From Mobula hypostoma (lineage: Eukaryota), in contig NC_086097.1 in assembly GCF_963921235.1 (NCBI RefSeq), positions 11,966,001 to 12,030,000 of the forward strand: 64,000 nucleotides of DNA, in the 5' to 3' direction. Made by a program: the position numbers and the translations under genes. The notes beneath the pieces were generated by a model. It was not told where the DNA came from and did not search any database. It saw only the letters and a list, made by a program, of their open reading frames with translations. Position 1 is the stretch's first letter. Every line of letters starts with the position of its first letter. Shown here one piece after another: positions 62,881 to 64,000 of this stretch.

Positions 62881-63265
62881 AAATCTCCGAGAACCACTAT
62901 CATGTCATCGGGTTTGGAGGCTTGTGCGCCTCAGTGACTTGAAGAACTGTACTGGCTGGACTCAGGGCTTTATGCTTTGGCTCTTGGTAGGTTCACCCAT
63001 GCCAAGCAGGACAAAGGGTAGAAGCCAGAATAAGAATGGTCCGTTGGTCCTCCAGATTCTGGGGTTCAACTCAGGGCTAACAACTCCGACTGGTAAAACA
63101 AACCCATTATGGAAACAGCAATAAAGTGTCCTTCTACATTTGAGTGCAATGGTATTCCTGAGTCTCCTCCCGGGACTTGCAAGACTGAGAGTAGTGAAAA
63201 CTGAGAAGAATAAATTGATACAATGAAGGAAAACCAGAGCACCTTCATTGCTGCCCTAAGCACCA
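62881..63265 (+). mobile_element. Bipartite RTE (Rex3/Expander-like 5' UTR joined to an RTE 3' end), family D
   Basis: ggtaggttcacccatgccaagcagg...gggctaacaactcc...gtaaaac leader; ttcattgctgcccta 3' motif; exact 9-bp TSD gttgttgat. Confidence 0.78.
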
Positions 63266-63323
63266 GTTGTTGATTAAGTGTTCTTGTTTGTTTAAATAAT
63301 TCATTACAGGTTACATGTATAAA

Positions 63324-63640
63324 GTGTTGGCGCGTGGCCAAGTGGTTAAGGCGTCAGTCTAGTGATCTGAAGGTTGCTAGTTCGAGCCTCAGCTGAGGCA
63401 GCGTGTTGTGTCCTTGAGCAAGGCACTTAACCACATGTTGCTCTGCGATGACACCGGTGCCAAGCTGTATCGGCCCTAGTGCCCTTCTCTTGTACAACAT
63501 CAGTAGCGTGGAGAGGGGAGACTTGCAGCGTGGGCAACTGCTGGTATTCCATATAACCTTGACCAGGCCTGCGCCCTGGAAACCTTACAAGGTGCAAATC
63601 CATGGACTCAGGAGACTAACGGATGCCTATTTATTATTTA
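63324..63640 (+). mobile_element. tRNA-head CORE-like SINE, copy 3
   Basis: Matches 23751-24058 including the tail; exact 13-bp TSD ttacatgtataaa. Confidence 0.9.
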
Positions 63641-64000
63641 TTACATGTATAAATACATGAATTGCATACGTCATCACGTTACCACGTGATACGTGCGTGC
63701 CTTGCTAGAAGGAAATTTGAAGTTAGACTCACATTTTCGGAATCCTGTGTCTTCCTTTGAATTAGTTGAATGTCTTGAAGTTACAAATCATAATAATGGT
63801 CATTGGACATATCTTGCTGTTCACTAAGACCAAGACTAATCTTGTACTTTAACCGTTTTACTTATCTGATACATATAACCCTTCATTTCATATCAAAAAA
63901 TCTATTACTGTACTATAAACCTGAGATATACTTAACAATTGAGCACCTAAAGGTGACAGCAGTGAAGCAGTTAGGACAACACTTTACAGCACCAGCAATA

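Larger units (their letters stand above)
62820..63795 (+). mobile_element. Probable short solo LTR split by two nested insertions
   Basis: TGTTAGG...CATAATA termini; removing 62881-63274 and 63324-63653 leaves a continuous ~250-bp LTR-like sequence. Confidence 0.45.

Overview
Vertebrate nuclear DNA, roughly 40% GC and dominated by repeats. The mix of HE1-type V-SINEs, HER1/CR1 LINEs and Deu-domain SINEs points to a cartilaginous fish, probably a ray (inference). No intact host ORF is visible; the long ORFs in the track are retroelement/transposon remnants or their antisense shadows. The window reads as a large intron or gene desert. It holds nested CR1, Rex1/Babar, R4/Dong, RTE-derived, Penelope-like (PLE), Gypsy, Tc1 and hAT elements, separated by AT-rich unique blocks. 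Most notable: (1) a young family of very short PLE-derived insertions flanked by 12-15 bp target-site duplications (TSDs), carrying minimal type I hammerhead ribozyme (HHR) cores, one a 105-bp-arm foldback with a ribozyme on each strand; (2) a decayed twister-ribozyme motif in an RTE-type leader; (3) a candidate 9-nt microexon at 34940-34948, the only sign of a host gene; (4) several short non-autonomous RTE/LINE-derived families, a SINE with swapped tails and a SINE with a twin-priming-like inversion; (5) two AT-rich R4/Dong copies. Family names come from recognising motifs by eye, not database searches. Boundaries of old copies are approximate.
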